A stretch of 64,000 nt of DNA from Carcharhinus amblyrhynchos (GCA_965287045.1 OZ336881.1:64666001-64730000); one strand, 5' to 3'. Shown: positions 48,812 through 62,244, numbered from the stretch's first letter. Notes: a model not told the origin generated them from the letters alone. Made by a program: numbers and translations.

Positions 48812-49615
48812 CATTTTTTTATTCATTCATGGGACATGGGTGTTGCTGGCTGGCCAGCATTTATTGCCCGTCCCTAGGTGGTGAGTTGCCTTCTTGAATT
48901 GCTGCAGTCCATGTGCTGTAGGTTGACTCACAATGCCGTTGAGGAGGCAATTCCAGGATTTTGACCCAGCCACCACAAAGGAAAAGCTATACCTTTCCAA
49001 ATCAGGATGGTGAGTGGCTTGGAGGGGAACTTGCAGGTGTGGTATTCCTATGTATCTGCTGCCCTTGTCTTTCTAGATGGGAATGGTCATGAGTTTGAAG
49101 ATGCTGTCAAAGGATCTTTGGTGAATTGCTGCGGTGCTTCTTGTAGATAGTACCCACTGCTGCTATTGAGCAATGGCGGTGGAGCGAATGGATGTTTGTG
49201 AATATGGTGCCAATCAAGCAGACTGCTTTGCCCTGGATAGTGTCAAGCTTCTTGAGTGTTATTGGTGCTGCACCCATCCAAGCAAGTGGGGAGTATTCCA
49301 TCACACTTACAGATAGTGAACAGGGTTAGGGGAGTCAGGAGGTGAGTTATTCGCCACAGTATTCCTAGCCTCTGACCTGATCTTGTAGCTACTGTGTTTA
49401 TGTGATGAGTCCAATTGAGTTTCTGGTCAATGGTAACCTCAAGGATGCTGACAGTGGGGTGTTCAGTGATGGTAATACCATTGAATGTCAAGGTATGGTG
49501 GTTACAGTGTCTCATCATTGATAGCCATCGTCTGGCATTTGTGAAGTGCAAATGTTACTTGCCACTTATCAGCCCAAGCTTGGATATTGCCCAGATCCTG
49601 TTGCATTTGAGCGTG
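48812..49615 (-). mobile_element. LINE-B 3' fragment (best-preserved copy)
   Basis: 'ILEVTIDQKLNWTHHINTVATRSGQRLGIL', 'MEYSPLAWMGAAPITLKKLDTIQ'. Tail CTAGGGACGGGCAATAAATGCTGGCC on the minus strand. Confidence 0.85.
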
Positions 49616-52449
49616 GAACAATGGGGAGAGATGAGGTCAAGCGTGGCGATTGTCCAGACTCTTTAAATGTGGAGTATTCCAGTTCCATGGCTCCACATTC
49701 AGTAAGAATATTTCAGAATCTTACCTTGTTCGTAACAGGTTTGTGCCAGCTGCCTCAGTGCTCACTGACCTTACAGGCGTTTGACCTCCTATTTGTAAAT
49801 ACAAAGGGCTTACACCTATTTCAAGCATGGCCACAGGTCAAAGGCTCTTTTCTCTTTTCCATTAAGACAGGTGGTGCATCTCCAGCTGAAACACTGTGCA
49901 TTTTTCTCAGCTGGCATGTTGCAGGCTCAGTAAGCATATTAGCACCCAAACAAATTCATACTTTACAGCTGCACTTATAGACCTCCCTATTTCCACCCAC
50001 CTTTCCTTCTTTAAGACACTCATTAAAACGCACGTTTTTAACCAAATTTTATTGATGCTGCTTTAACATCTATTTTTGTCAAGTTGCATTTCTGCAAAGC
50101 ACTTTGGAATGTTTTTCCATATTGAAAATGCTTCTCTGTTAGTTTTTTGGTAAAGTGAAAATAAGGCCCTCAGGTAAAGATTCATTCTCCAGTTGGTTGT
50201 TTTTATAACTTCTCAACTTTCCAACAGAGGAGTGGGTGAGTGGCAGGACTCTGAATGTATGATGAGCAGAAAATAATTTTTCCCAAGACAAAATTCTCTC
50301 TGCAGCAAATTACACAACATTTACAGTCTACACTTCTGCTTTGTTTAAATATGTAAGATAAATTCTCAACATTCAATTCATAGGAGAAACCTAGCTGCAG
50401 TTTTGGTGCCTATATTAATTTTTGAATGAGTTTCTCCATATGGAATATGTTCACTACTCAAATATTGAGTGCCCCTCCGACATAGTTGTGTTGCAAGGTC
50501 TAACACTAGAAGCAGGGTGGGCTTAAAGTTTGGTTTAGGAAAAACACTAAAATTGTATGGTGGCAATTTCAGCTGTCATGGAATCACAGACTTTAGAGGC
50601 CCTTCAGCCCACTGGCCTAGCTCTTCAAATGAATCATCTACCAAACAAGAGAGGCCTTTATTTCACTGTCATGTTTCTCCCTTATTCTGTTTTGCTGCAC
50701 AATTTTCTAGCTCTCACCTATTCTACAGTTTTTATATAAGTTACAAAATCATTACAGATGAGGGAAACTATTCAGCATATCTCAATTTATTCCTCATAAA
50801 GTCTTTTCATGCATTCAATGATTCTTAAATGTTTCGGGTTTTTTTTGTCTCTATTTGGTAGCTGAATGTGATGATCACTGTATATGTGAAGAACTTCCTA
50901 ATACGTGTTTTTTTCTGGTTTGAACCGGCAGCTCACTGTCCTTGTCTCAGTTTCTTCACTTACTGCTGAAACCTACAGATCAATCTCGGGCTATCTCTTG
51001 ATGACCAGAACACAGTGCGCAAGGAACCATCTGACCAGTGCACTTGTATTTGGCTCTCCTGGCTATACAGTTCAACATGCTATCAGTTTTGTTGATTGCT
51101 CATTGCATTGGTTGGACATTCTGTGTTCCAAACCATCTAAGACTTCACGATTTTTGCTGCAGATTTAGGTACAGTGCTACTAACTAGTCAGATTGGAAGG
51201 TGAGTTGAAGGTATTGGTTGTTTTGAAACATTAAACAGTTCAAACTGGTTTCATTTTGTTATCGTAAAGTCAATGTAAGAAAAGTGCCACATACTAGATA
51301 AAAAGGACTCATTAGTTGACCAGAAAACTGGATATTTACTGCCCACTTTACTCTGAGAAAATATAACCAAGCCAATAAACCTTACGGCATTTCAGTAAAA
51401 AAGACAAACAGAATGGCAAGGTTGGATGGCACAGAATAGATTAGAGTTAAATTTCCTTTGTTCCTTTCCAATTAATGTGTTTTAATTCAAGCAATAAGGA
51501 AGTGGTGATTATGGGACAAATTTCTTTCTATCATCTACACCAGTGAACCTGGATGCCCTCTCTGGAAATGCCATGAATTTAGTCCCAGTTGCTGGCAAAT
51601 TTGGGTAGTTTAAACTGCGTACTCGCTAAGAAGTAGAGCGAGACCGCCCAGTTTCATTCCACTTTAATCCCATTAGTATGCTCTGAATTCAACCCCAGAT
51701 CCCAAAGGCAAAAGGACAGTGCAAAATCCATTGCAACAGCTAGACATTTGCAATGATCATTTCAACATGCTCTTGATAAAGGTTATATTTAGAAACTTTG
51801 GCTATTTAGTTGACCTGAAAACATGTGGACATGTTTTTGAAATCCTGGATTAAGAACACACCAAATAAGTCAAACTGACAAATGTTTACACTTATCTCAG
51901 AGCAGCAGTGAGCAAGGAGATGCATACCAGAGAAGTTGTGTAACGCAGTAATAATGTACTTTAAAAAAAAAACCTCATAAGAGCCCAGCACCAGTCATGC
52001 GATCGATGCTGGATCATATTACTGCTTAGTGACAATGCCTAGAACATGCATTTGTTTGTGTTATGGCACCAAAACTATTATGAGATCTTGTTCTTGTTGC
52101 CATTATTTTATGAGTGGACATAAGCTTAAAAATCAAAACAAAAAAATGTCCAACTTTGAAATGGATATACAAAATGTCTAGCCAGTGATAGCATGAGTGC
52201 TGGCACAGTTACAGACAGATGATGTTTATAAATTGCTTTAGCTTCATTCTCACTTTTTATGATGTCATTGGACCCTGCCAGCTGTATTACACCCTTCTAA
52301 CTCCTTCCCACTCTCCTACATGAAATACGACTATTTTTCGCCATTGCGTTTATAATAAAGGTCATTCAAAGTCAGTGATCAGTCGCCTGATTTTGCAATA
52401 ACTAAACCTGTGATTCTAATGTCAATCTTACATTGACCAGCCAGTTTAA

Positions 52450-53130
52450 CCATAGGGGTAACAATGGAATTGGGAGCAGAAGTAGGCCTTCCACCCTGCT
52501 CCCCCATTCGATATGTCTGATCTTAGTGTGGTCTCAATTCCACTTTCCTGTCTGTCTCCCCTGCATAACTCTTGACTCTCCTGTCTATCAAAATCTATCC
52601 AACCGATCCTTGAATACATTCAATGACCCAACGTCTGCTGCTTTCAAAGGAAAATAATTCCACAGACTAATGGTTCTCTGAGAGAAAGAGATTCTCTACA
52701 TCTCTGTCTTAAATAGGAGACCTCTTATTTCCCTAGTTCCAGTCTCCCCCACAAGAGGAAGTATTTTCCTGGTATCCACCCTAACAAGTCCCCTCAGGAT
52801 CTTGCATATGTCAATAAATCACCTCTTATTCTTCTAAACACTAGTAGATAAAACCCACCCTATTCAGCTTTTCTTCATTTTTAATTCCAAGAGTGAATTG
52901 AGTGAACCTTCTCTTAACTGTTTCTAAAGCAATTATATCTTTTTTCAATTAAGAAGACCAAAATGGTATACAGTTTCAATAAAACTTCCTTAATTTTATA
53001 TTTCATCCACCTTGTGAAAAACACCAAAATTCCATCGATCTTCCAAATGCTTGCTCTGCCTGTGTGCTAACTTCCTGTGACCCATGTGCCAGTCACCCAG
53101 ATTCCTCTATACCATCTAGTTCTGCAATGG
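52450..53130 (-). mobile_element. Old CR1 3' fragment
   Basis: GAGCAGAAGTAGGCC..CAATTCCACTTTCCTG CR1 3'-end pattern. Confidence 0.7.
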
Positions 53131-53292
53131 TATGCCTTCCCTAAAAGAAATAATGCAGTTCTCAATGGCTCACCAGCTGGAGGGTGAGACTCCAATCACC
53201 CCATTAAATATTGCCTTGTGTGCGCAATTTCCATCTAGTCTCCAAAAGTCAATTTAAAGTAAGAATGCACTTCTGAAAGGTAGGTTGTATTT

Positions 53293-53718
53293 GTTTTGAT
53301 TTGATTTGTTTTATTATTGTCATATGTACTGGCATATAGTGAAAAGTACTATTTCTTGTGCTCTATACAGAAAAAGCATACCATTCATAGGGTACATAGA
53401 GGAGAAAGAAAGGAGAGGGTGCAGAATATAGTGTTACAGTCATAGCTAGGATGCAGAGAAAGATCAGCTTCATATACAGTTTGTTCATTCAAAAGTCTGA
53501 TGGCAGCAAGGAAAAACTTGTTCTTGATTTGGTATGTGACCTCAGACTTTTGTATCTTTTGCCCAATGGCAGAAGGTGGAAGAGAGTACATCCGGGGTGA
53601 GCGGGGTCCTTAATTATGCTGGCTGCTTTTCCAAGGCAGTGGGAACTGTAGACAGAGTCAATGGATGGAAGGGATGGTTTGCGTGACGGATTGGGCTACG
53701 TTCACGATCTTTTGTAGT
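53293..53718 (-). mobile_element. Rex1/Babar-like LINE 3' fragment
   Basis: (GATTT)n tail; 'IKNKFFLAAIRLLN'; reverse complement of 39250-39650. Confidence 0.85.
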
Positions 53719-54688
53719 AGGACAATACAGGAAAGAGATCATTTGACAAAAGATATGCTCTCACCTTTACTGAGGAAGACAGAAATGGAGATTTCAGGAG
53801 CCTGGCTTTTCAAAGACAATTGTTGGCCTCACACGTGTTGGAATTCAGGGTAAAAGTCAACTTTAATCCCTTCACTCTCAAATTCTGAAATGATTAAAGT
53901 GGTCATATTTTATTCAGTATAACTAAGGTTTGACATATGCTAGTGTTTGAGTAGTATTCAAGTGCAACAGCATTGCCATCACCCTGTTTGTAGAAACATG
54001 ACCTCCATATGACAATGCCAAATGACTGTGCCCCAGGTACCTTCATGCCTGTCAATGCAACATGTAATTCCTCCGCCAACCTGTCCTCTGCGAGGGTCCA
54101 TCCGCGGGATGGCTCCAACTTCCTCTGGTTGAATACCTCTACTCTCTGCTCAAAGAATCCCATTTTATACTTCCTTAATGCAGCAAAGCTCGGTGGAGAG
54201 CAGTTCAACACAATCAGTGTCACATTGTTACTTGAACAGCCCAATTACAAGATCTGCCATCTGCCCACCCAAACCAGCTCAGACTTTTAGGATCTCCAAT
54301 TTCTCATGCTTCAACTGTTATCAGCTCAAACATTCCAATGCCATGCTTGACTAAAGCAAGAAAAACAGGGGCTCAGCTATTTTGTGCCTGCTTTACCCAC
54401 ATCTGGGCTCTGAGATCTTGCCAAGGTGTTTACCTTTTAGTTCACATGCAGCAGGCTGCCTGTTTTCACATATTACTGGATTTCTGTTGCACTTTACTTT
54501 TTAACCTTTGAATCCTCTTAAACCTTTTGGGTCTATAAAACAATTAAAGTCCAAAGCATATTTTCCCATCAAGTCAACTCAGTCATTTTTAACCAGGCTA
54601 TATTACGAGCAGGAATTTAGTGTAGTTTAGTATAAGATTAAATGTAAAAATTCAATTAAGGAAGTGGACAGCCATGGTATTTAAGTTA

Positions 54689-54965
54689 GGGCAGCATGGT
54701 GGCACAGTGGTTAGCACTGCTGCCTCACATAGCCAGGGATCTGGGTTCAATTCCTGGCTTGGTCACTATCTGTGCCGAGTTTGCACATTCTCCCCATATC
54801 TGCATGGGTTTCCTCCGGGTACCCCAGTTTCCTCCCACAGTCTGAAAGATGTGCTGGTTAGGTAGCATCGACCTGAACAGGCGCCAAACTGTGGTGACTA
54901 GGGGAATTCCACAGTAACTTCATTGCAGTGTTAATAAGTCTTACTTGCGACTAATAATTAAACTT
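54689..54965 (+). mobile_element. HE1-like V-SINE, alternative tail
   Basis: Head GGGCAGCATGGTGGCACAGTGG; tail GTAACTTCATTGCAGTGTTAAT. Confidence 0.9.
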
Positions 54966-55074
54966 AGTGTTGATTTATTAGTGAGAAAACATGGTGTAAG
55001 GATTTCCCTGGATTTTTACACAAAGGAGGTATAATGTCTGCCAAGATGTTTTAGCAAATAACTTAAAAGTGGAG

Positions 55075-55341
55075 TTTATTTTTTGTCACAAGTAAGGCTT
55101 ACATTAACACTGCAATGAAGTTACTGTGAAATTCTCCTAGTCACCACATTCCAATGCCTGTTCGGGTCATTGCTACCTAACCAGCATGTCTTTCAGAGTG
55201 TGGGAGGAAACGAGAGCACCCGGAGGAAACCCATGCAAACATGGGGAGACGTGCAGACTCCACACAAATAGTGACCCAAGCCAAGAATCGAATCAGGGTC
55301 CCTGGCGCTGTGAGGCAGCAGTGCTAACCACTGTGCCACTG
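55075..55341 (-). mobile_element. HE1-like V-SINE, alternative tail
   Basis: Reverse complement of the neighbouring copies. Confidence 0.9.
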
Positions 55342-55410
55342 TATGGAGGAACTTGCTTCCAGATTGTGTAGTGTAATCTTGTATGGTATCAGCACTCTGT
55401 GGTCTTCATT

Positions 55411-55708
55411 GGAGCGCGGTGACAGTGGCTAGCACTGCTGCCTCACAGCACCAGGGTCTCTGGTTCAATTCCCAGCTTTGGTCACTATCTGTGCGGAATC
55501 TGCACGTTCTCCCTGTGTTTATGTGTGTTTCCCCTGGGTGCTCCGTTTCCTCCCACAGCCTGAAAGATGTGCTGGTTAGGTGCATTGGTCATGCTAAATT
55601 CTCCTTCAATGTAGCCGAACAGGAGCTGGTGTGTGGCAACAATGGGATTTTCGAAGTAACTTCATTGTAATGTTAATGTGAGCATACTTGTGATAAATAA
55701 GTAATAAA
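55411..55708 (+). mobile_element. HE1-like V-SINE, alternative tail
   Basis: Head, B box, tail GTAACTTCATTGTAATGTTAATGTGAGCATACTTGTGATAAATAA. Confidence 0.88.
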
Positions 55709-56427
55709 CATGGCCTCTCCTCCAGAGATAGTGCAACTGATCCCTCGCAGCTATATTATCAGCATTTGCAACGTGGGGGAAAACTCAACTGATCACTTGA
55801 AGGCTTGGTGCTTTAACTCGGAAAAACTTGTGAGCCAGAAAGGAGCTTTCAAGTCGTCATCTATCTCCTGCAGTTGGCATTCCCACAGATGAAAGGGTCT
55901 AATAAGCTGGAGCTCCATGGGAGTGGCAGGGGCACAATGGGAACAGTACACATTGTCCTCTCTCAAGATGTCAGAATATCTATTTCCTCCACACCCCCCA
56001 GGCAACACTTGCTATGATGCCAGAAATCCAGCTTGACTAGATTGCCCTGGCATCAGCCAAGGTGCTTCACCCTGCAACTGGACCCTTCCCTGTTAGAGGA
56101 CTCAGAAAAACTATGGCCACAAGGATCTTGAAAGTCCCTACATAAACAGATGCGTATTTTATCCACTTTGCTGAAGTCACTGATTCAATTAGTAAACCTT
56201 CTATTAATAATGGAATTATGGCTTGACAATTGAGTGAAAGATTAATTCAAAACAACTGCTATTTTTAGCATTAATCATCTTTACTGTATTTGCCACTTTG
56301 GTCCCCACTGCATCCTTATTATTCCTAAGTTTGTATTGTCAATATGTCATTCATATCAAAGTTGGAGCAATAGCTTCAATATTCTTTGATGCAGGTTTAG
56401 GGATTGGTGTAAGGGGTAACAAGTTAG

Positions 56428-58100
56428 TCATAGATTCATAGAGTCATGGAGGTTTACAGCATGGAAACAGGCCTTTCGGCCCAACTTGTCCATGCCGCCC
56501 TTTTTTTAAACCCCTAAGCTAATCCCAATTGCCTGCATTTGGCCCATATCCCTCTATACCCATCTTACCCATGTAACTATCTAAATGCTTTTTAAAAGTC
56601 AAAATTATACCTGCCTCTACTACTACCTCTGGCAGCTCACCACCCTCTATGTGAAAACATTGCCCCTCTGGGCACTTTTGTATCTCTCCCCTCTTATCTT
56701 AAACCTATGTCCTCTAGTTGTAGACTCCCCTACCTTTGGGAAAAGATATTAACTATCTAGCTGATCTGTGCCCCTCATTATTTTATGGACCTTTATAAAG
56801 TCACTGCTAAACTTCTACGCTCCAAAGAAAAAGGTCCCAGTCTATCCAGCCTCTCCTTATAACTCAAATCATCAAGTCCTGGTAGCATCCTAGTAAATCT
56901 CTTCTGCACTCTTTCTAGTTTAATAATATCTTTTCTACAATAGGGTGACCAGACCTGCACACAGTATTCCATGTATAGCCTTACCAATGTCTTATACAAT
57001 TTCAACAAGATGTCCCAGCTCCTGTATTCAATGTTCTGACTGATGAAACCAAGCATGCCGAATACCTCCTTCACCACTCTGTTGACCTGTGACTCCACTT
57101 TCAACAAGCTATGGACATGTACCCCAATATCACTTTGTTCTGTAACTCTCCCCAACGCCCTACCATTAACTGAGTAGTTAACCTCTGAGTCAATCTACCA
57201 AAATGCATCACCTCGCATTTGTCTAAATTAAACTCCATCTACCATTCGTCAGCCCACTGGCCCAATTGATCAAGATCCTGTTGCAATTGGAGATAACTTT
57301 CTCACTGTCCACTGTGCCACCAATCTTGGTGTCATCTGCAAACTTACTAACAAACAGTGGACCCAGCACTGATCCCTCAGGTACACTGCTGGTCACTGGC
57401 CTCCAGTTTGAAAAACAACCTTCTACAACCACCCTCTGACTTCTGTTAAGAAGCCAATTTTGTGTCCATTTAGATACCTCACCATGGGTCCCGTGAGATT
57501 TAACCTAATGCAACAACCTAACATGAGGTACCTTGTCAAAAGCCTTGCTAATGTCCATGTAGACAACATCAACTGTACTGCCCTCATCTACCTTCTCGGT
57601 TACCCCTTCAAAAAACTCAATCAAATTTGTGAGACATGATTTTCCACTCACAAAGCCATGCTGATTGTCCCTAATCAGTCCTTGCATCTCTAAATGCCTG
57701 TAGATCCTGTCTCTCAAAATACCTTCCAACAATTTGCCCACCACAGAGGCTCACTGGTCTGTAGTTCCCAGACTTTTCCCTGCAGCCCTCTTTGAACAAA
57801 GGCACAACATTTGCCATCCTCCAATCTTCAAGCACCTCATCTGTGACTATCGATGATTCAAATATCACGGCTAGGGCACCCGCAATTTCCTCCCTAGCGT
57901 TCCACAATGTCCTGGAATACACTTCATCAGGTCCCGGGAATTTATCTACCTTGATGCTCTTTAAGAATTACAGCACCTCCTTCTCTGTAATATGTACACT
58001 CCTCAAGAAATCACTATTCATTTCCCCAAGTTCCCTAACATCCATGCTTTTCTCAATAGTAAATACTGATGAGAAATATTCATGTAGGATCTCACCCATA
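56428..58100 (-). mobile_element. CR1 LINE, 5'-truncated and frameshifted
   Basis: ORFs 56793..57155, 57223..57432, 57505..57744 and 57671..57922 with NYRPVSL, SCLTNLIEFF and FADDTK. (CATAGAGT)n tail. Confidence 0.93.
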
Positions 58101-58454
58101 ATATTGGTGAGAAATATTCATTTAACATCTCACCCAAGTTGATGGAGAGGGGCTTTGTGTCACTTGTCAGGGAAAAGGAATGAGCAGTTCTACTAAGTAC
58201 AGTTATATCAACTGATTCCTGTTACATCTGGCTGCCCTATTTCTCCATTTCCCTCACTCCAATCTTCCTTATCAGATGACCTGTTTCTCTGCATTTTCCA
58301 ATCTTTGGCAAATATTGCAACATATAACACACCACAATGATGCAGTCAGCATTATGTGGCTAATATTCTGCCGAGCCCCCACCCCGATATTGGCACCTGA
58401 ATCTTTGCATCAACAATGAGACGTTGCGCAGGGAGGGCGTACCATTGATTATAT

Positions 58455-58720
58455 CTTTTACAACTGAGGTGAGGAGAAATTTCTTCATGCAGACAGTGAT
58501 GAATGTGTGGAATTCACTACCACAGAAAAAAGTTGAGGCCAAAATGTTGGGAGATATCAAGAAGAAATTAGATATAGCTCTTGGAGTTAAAGGGTCCCCA
58601 AGGGATATCGGGAAATGGGAGGGATCAGGATATTGAATTTGATGATCATATTGAATGGCGGAGCAGGCTAAAAGGGCCAGAACAGTCTACTCCTGCTTCT
58701 AATTTCTATGTTTCTATATC
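58455..58720 (+). mobile_element. CR1 3' fragment
   Basis: 'FTTEVRRNFFMQTVMNVWNSLP'; tail TTCTATGTTTCTAT. Confidence 0.85.
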
Positions 58721-59569
58721 TGAGCTGCTCAGGTGTGGTGCAATTGGGGAAAGGTATCATAAGCCACACCACAACTGGGAAGGCCTTCCCCAAGCAATTG
58801 CCCCTCACTTGCCAGTTTCTAACAACCTGCCGGCTGCTGTCAAGTTGATTATTCAGCCTCTGGTGACTGTTCCTCCTCTTCCTCCAGACAGAGCAATAAA
58901 GGCAAGTCAAGAGTAAACGCCCAGCTCAAAAATCCACTAGAAAGCCATTGAACACAGGTGCTATGAATTTGGTGCTCACAGCTGAGTTCCCCTTAAAACA
59001 TTGCTTCCTGTCAGTCAGCCGGTGCAGAAAGCCAATTTCCACAAAACATTACTCAGCTGGCTGATAACCAAGCAGGACTTCTGAACTGCCCAGTTAAAAT
59101 TGCATTAGGACCCTAATATGACTGTGATTTATATGCATTCTTGAGGCACCTGTCTGTTTTTGATGGATGCCTTAACCATTAGGTGAATCAGACACTACAA
59201 ATGAGAGCTAGGAGGATGGATTACAGTGGGAATGGGATAATAAATTGAACCAATTGATTTTGACTGCACCTCCCCAGCCCCTCCCCCATTCTTGCCTAAC
59301 ACAATGCATTAAACCAAACTGTCTGTTTTCATCAACACAATCCACTTTACCTAATCTCAGAATTTTTTTTTTACATGAAAACACTTTGGTTTTTATTAGA
59401 AAGATTTAACAAACATTTTGACATTGCCAGAAAGGATGACATCATACACAAGTAATGCAATTGTGGGTTTCAATATAATTCCTCTGATTAAATAATTAGT
59501 TTGCAAATAACTTTGTTGAATGCTGTCTTGTGAAGATGGTGACTCTTTAAAACCATCGACCAAGAGAGA

Positions 59570-59815
59570 GTTGAACAGTACAGCAGCTTACTACACAGCC
59601 TTTTCATTTCTAGGATTTGGGGTTAAATCCAGCCCAGACAGGGTGAAATTCTCCAAGCTGCCTACTAACCACAGGGACCAAAATGTATTTGGCAAATCTT
59701 CAAGCCAAGTCCTCATGGGCATGAATCACCTTAAAAAAAAACTCCATATTTATGGACACATTGGGACTAAATTAGCCTCACTCGGAGATGGCAGTTGAAA
59801 GGAGGGGAAAAAAAA
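59570..59815 (+). mobile_element. Ancient SINE relic resembling LF-SINE
   Basis: AGCCTTTTCATTTCTAGG..GGTTAAATCCAGCCCAG resembles the LF-SINE head as recalled from memory; downstream similarity is patchy. Confidence 0.4.
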
Positions 59816-60109
59816 TCATTTTTGGTCGTGTATTAAGAGGATTTATTTCTGAGGTTTGGACAAAGGAACTACCGGGCGACAATTTTGATGGAAACCTGCT
59901 GGTACATTGAATATTGAAAAACTGGGCACTCTCAGATTGCAATATTTGATTGTATAACGGATAGAAAATGGTAAGTAGTGACTACATATTCCTGCAACAG
60001 GCACTCCCATCATAGATCAGGAATAAGCATAATAGAATTAATATTAAAGCTTCATTATGCACGAAATCACTCTTCTGGCATGCAGTGCTAAAGTTATTTC
60101 ACCCTTCTA

Positions 60110-61345
60110 CCGATTTTCCCTCAATCAGGTTTGCTGCCAGTGTACCAAGAAGTCTTTCTGAAAGCTACAAATAACACCCTCAATCACAATGACAAAGATA
60201 AACTGTCCCTCCTTGTCTTTCTTGTTTGTCTGCAACACTCGACACACAACATCCTCCCCAAAAACTTCTCCACCTGGTTCCATTCTTATATATCCAGTCA
60301 GAGTGAGAGGGTCACCTGCAATGCCTTCTTTTCCTGCTCCCATAAAGTTTCCTTTGGTCACCCCCAAGATCCTACCATTGCCCCCTCCTATTTCTCATTT
60401 ACATGCTGCCTCTTGATGACATCATCCAAAAACACAGCATCAGTTTTCACAAATACACTGATGAGACCCGATTCTACCTCCCCAATCTCCATAGTCCCTT
60501 CACTCTCCCTAAATTTGTCAGAGTCCTTGTCTGACATTCTGTGCTGGAACAATAGAAATAGAAATATTAGAAGATTGAAACCATTGTTTTCAGTCCCTGC
60601 AACTAACGTTGTTTCCTAACTATCAAAGCCATTCCTCACTCTGACAATGGTCTGTGTCAGAAACAGACCATCCAAAACCTTTGCATCTTATTTGATTCTG
60701 AGAGGAGCTTCCAACAACACATCCACACCATTACTAAAATACCTACTTCCACCTTGGTAATGGTGCCTGACGCAGTTCTGCTGCTAAAATTTTCATTAAT
60801 GTCTTTGTGGTCTTGAGACTTGAATATTCCAATACAATCCAGGCAAGCCTTCCATATCTCATCCTCCTTGAGGGCATCCAAAATTCTGTTGGCCACATAT
60901 TAAATCAACCAAACCCTATTCATCCATCATCCTTGTCCTCACTGATCACTACTTCTGATGAAGCATTGCCTTGATTTTAAAATGCTCATTCTTTCTTACA
61001 AGTCCCTCTGGTATCTCCCACCATCATTCTAAACTCCTTAAGGCTCAAAGATTTCAGTGATTCTCCAATTGTAGCCTCTCCAACACCCATGATTTTATCA
61101 CTCCATCATTGGTGTGAGCCTTCAGTTACCAAAGTCCAAAATTCTGAAATTCCCTTCCTGAACTGCTCTACCTACCTTTCCTCCTTTAAGATGCTCTATA
61201 AAACCTACCTCTTCGACCGAGCTTTTGGTGAACGGCCCAAAACTTTCCTTATCTGTCTTGTCAGATTCTGTTGGTTAAAATTCCTATGAAGTATTCTTGG
61301 ACATGTTACTGCATTAAAGGCACTATATATATAAGTTGTTGCTTT
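60110..61345 (+). mobile_element. Old L2 LINE (RT to 3' end)
   Basis: 'FLKATNNTL..LSLLVFLVCL..WFHSYISSQSERV..GHPQDPTIAP'; L2-type tail AAAGGCACTATATATATAAGTTGTTG. Confidence 0.75.
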
Positions 61346-61364
61346 TTCGGAAAGACAGGTTGTT

Positions 61365-61495
61365 ATTTATTCATTTATGAGTCACAAGTAAGGCTTATTT
61401 TAACATTGCAATGAAGTTACTGTGAAATTCCACTGGTTGCCACATCTGGTGCCTGTTTGGATACATTGAGGGAGAATTTAGCATAGCCAATGGAC
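61365..61495 (-). mobile_element. 3' end of an alternative-tail HE1-like SINE
   Basis: GTCACAAGTAAGGCTTA..TGCAATGAAGTTACTGTGAAATT. Confidence 0.75.
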
Positions 61496-62118
61496 AGATG
61501 AGAGTTTGGATGACACATTACTGACTTATCATTTCAGGCTAATTAGGATGAAAGTTATCTGTTCATTGGTTATGGGCCCTCTATAGAAGCATAGAAAATA
61601 GAAGCAAGAGTATTATGTGTAATGACTGATTAGCCTTAAACAAGTGAACATGGATTCACAGCACTAATTTGCCTTTGTTTGACAATGGTTATCTCAATAA
61701 AATGGGCAAGGCAGCCTGTTCCTGGTCCTAATTCTTATGTTCCCATATGATGCGAATGTAGAAATGGAAAAAAAAACTGCAGATATGCTCTTCAGAGTTT
61801 GAGTCAGTTTGTTCCCTGTACCGAACTAGGAATGTCTAACATTGATACCGCCAGCCTGAACCTAAAATTCATTTAACTTTTCAGCTCTCAAAATTCTTAG
61901 CCTTGATATTCAGCATGGTACACCAATATTAAAATGATTCTTTTAAATTATGAAAGGTTTTAACAAGGTCAATAATGAAAAATCATCTCTGTTGATTGAC
62001 AATTCTGCTCACTGATGGGGAATAATTAGAACAGCAAAGGCTTTGTTGATTCTTTTTCACATAATGTACTATTGGAACACAGGGACCAAATTTTCACTCC
62101 TGAGTCATGTAGCCAGAA

Positions 62119-62244
62119 GCCAGAATTTTACCGTCCCACTCACCATGGGAATCAGAGCATGTGAGGGGTGGACTATGGAAAGGTCCATTGACTACGGGAG
62201 GGATTTTCCGGTTTCAGGGCGAGTGAGGTTGTAAAATCCCGCCC
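62119..62244. mobile_element. Harbinger-type MITE nested in a larger TIR element starting ~62081
   Basis: GCCAGAATTTTAC / GTAAAATCCCGCCC termini. Confidence 0.75.

Noticed and set aside
6097-55708. SINE heads as tRNA genes
   Set aside because: They have A/B boxes but continue into SINE bodies and lack a full cloverleaf.
55720-56110. Possible coding exon ('DDDLKAPFWLTSFSELKHQAFK')
   Set aside because: No recognisable homology and no convincing splice sites.
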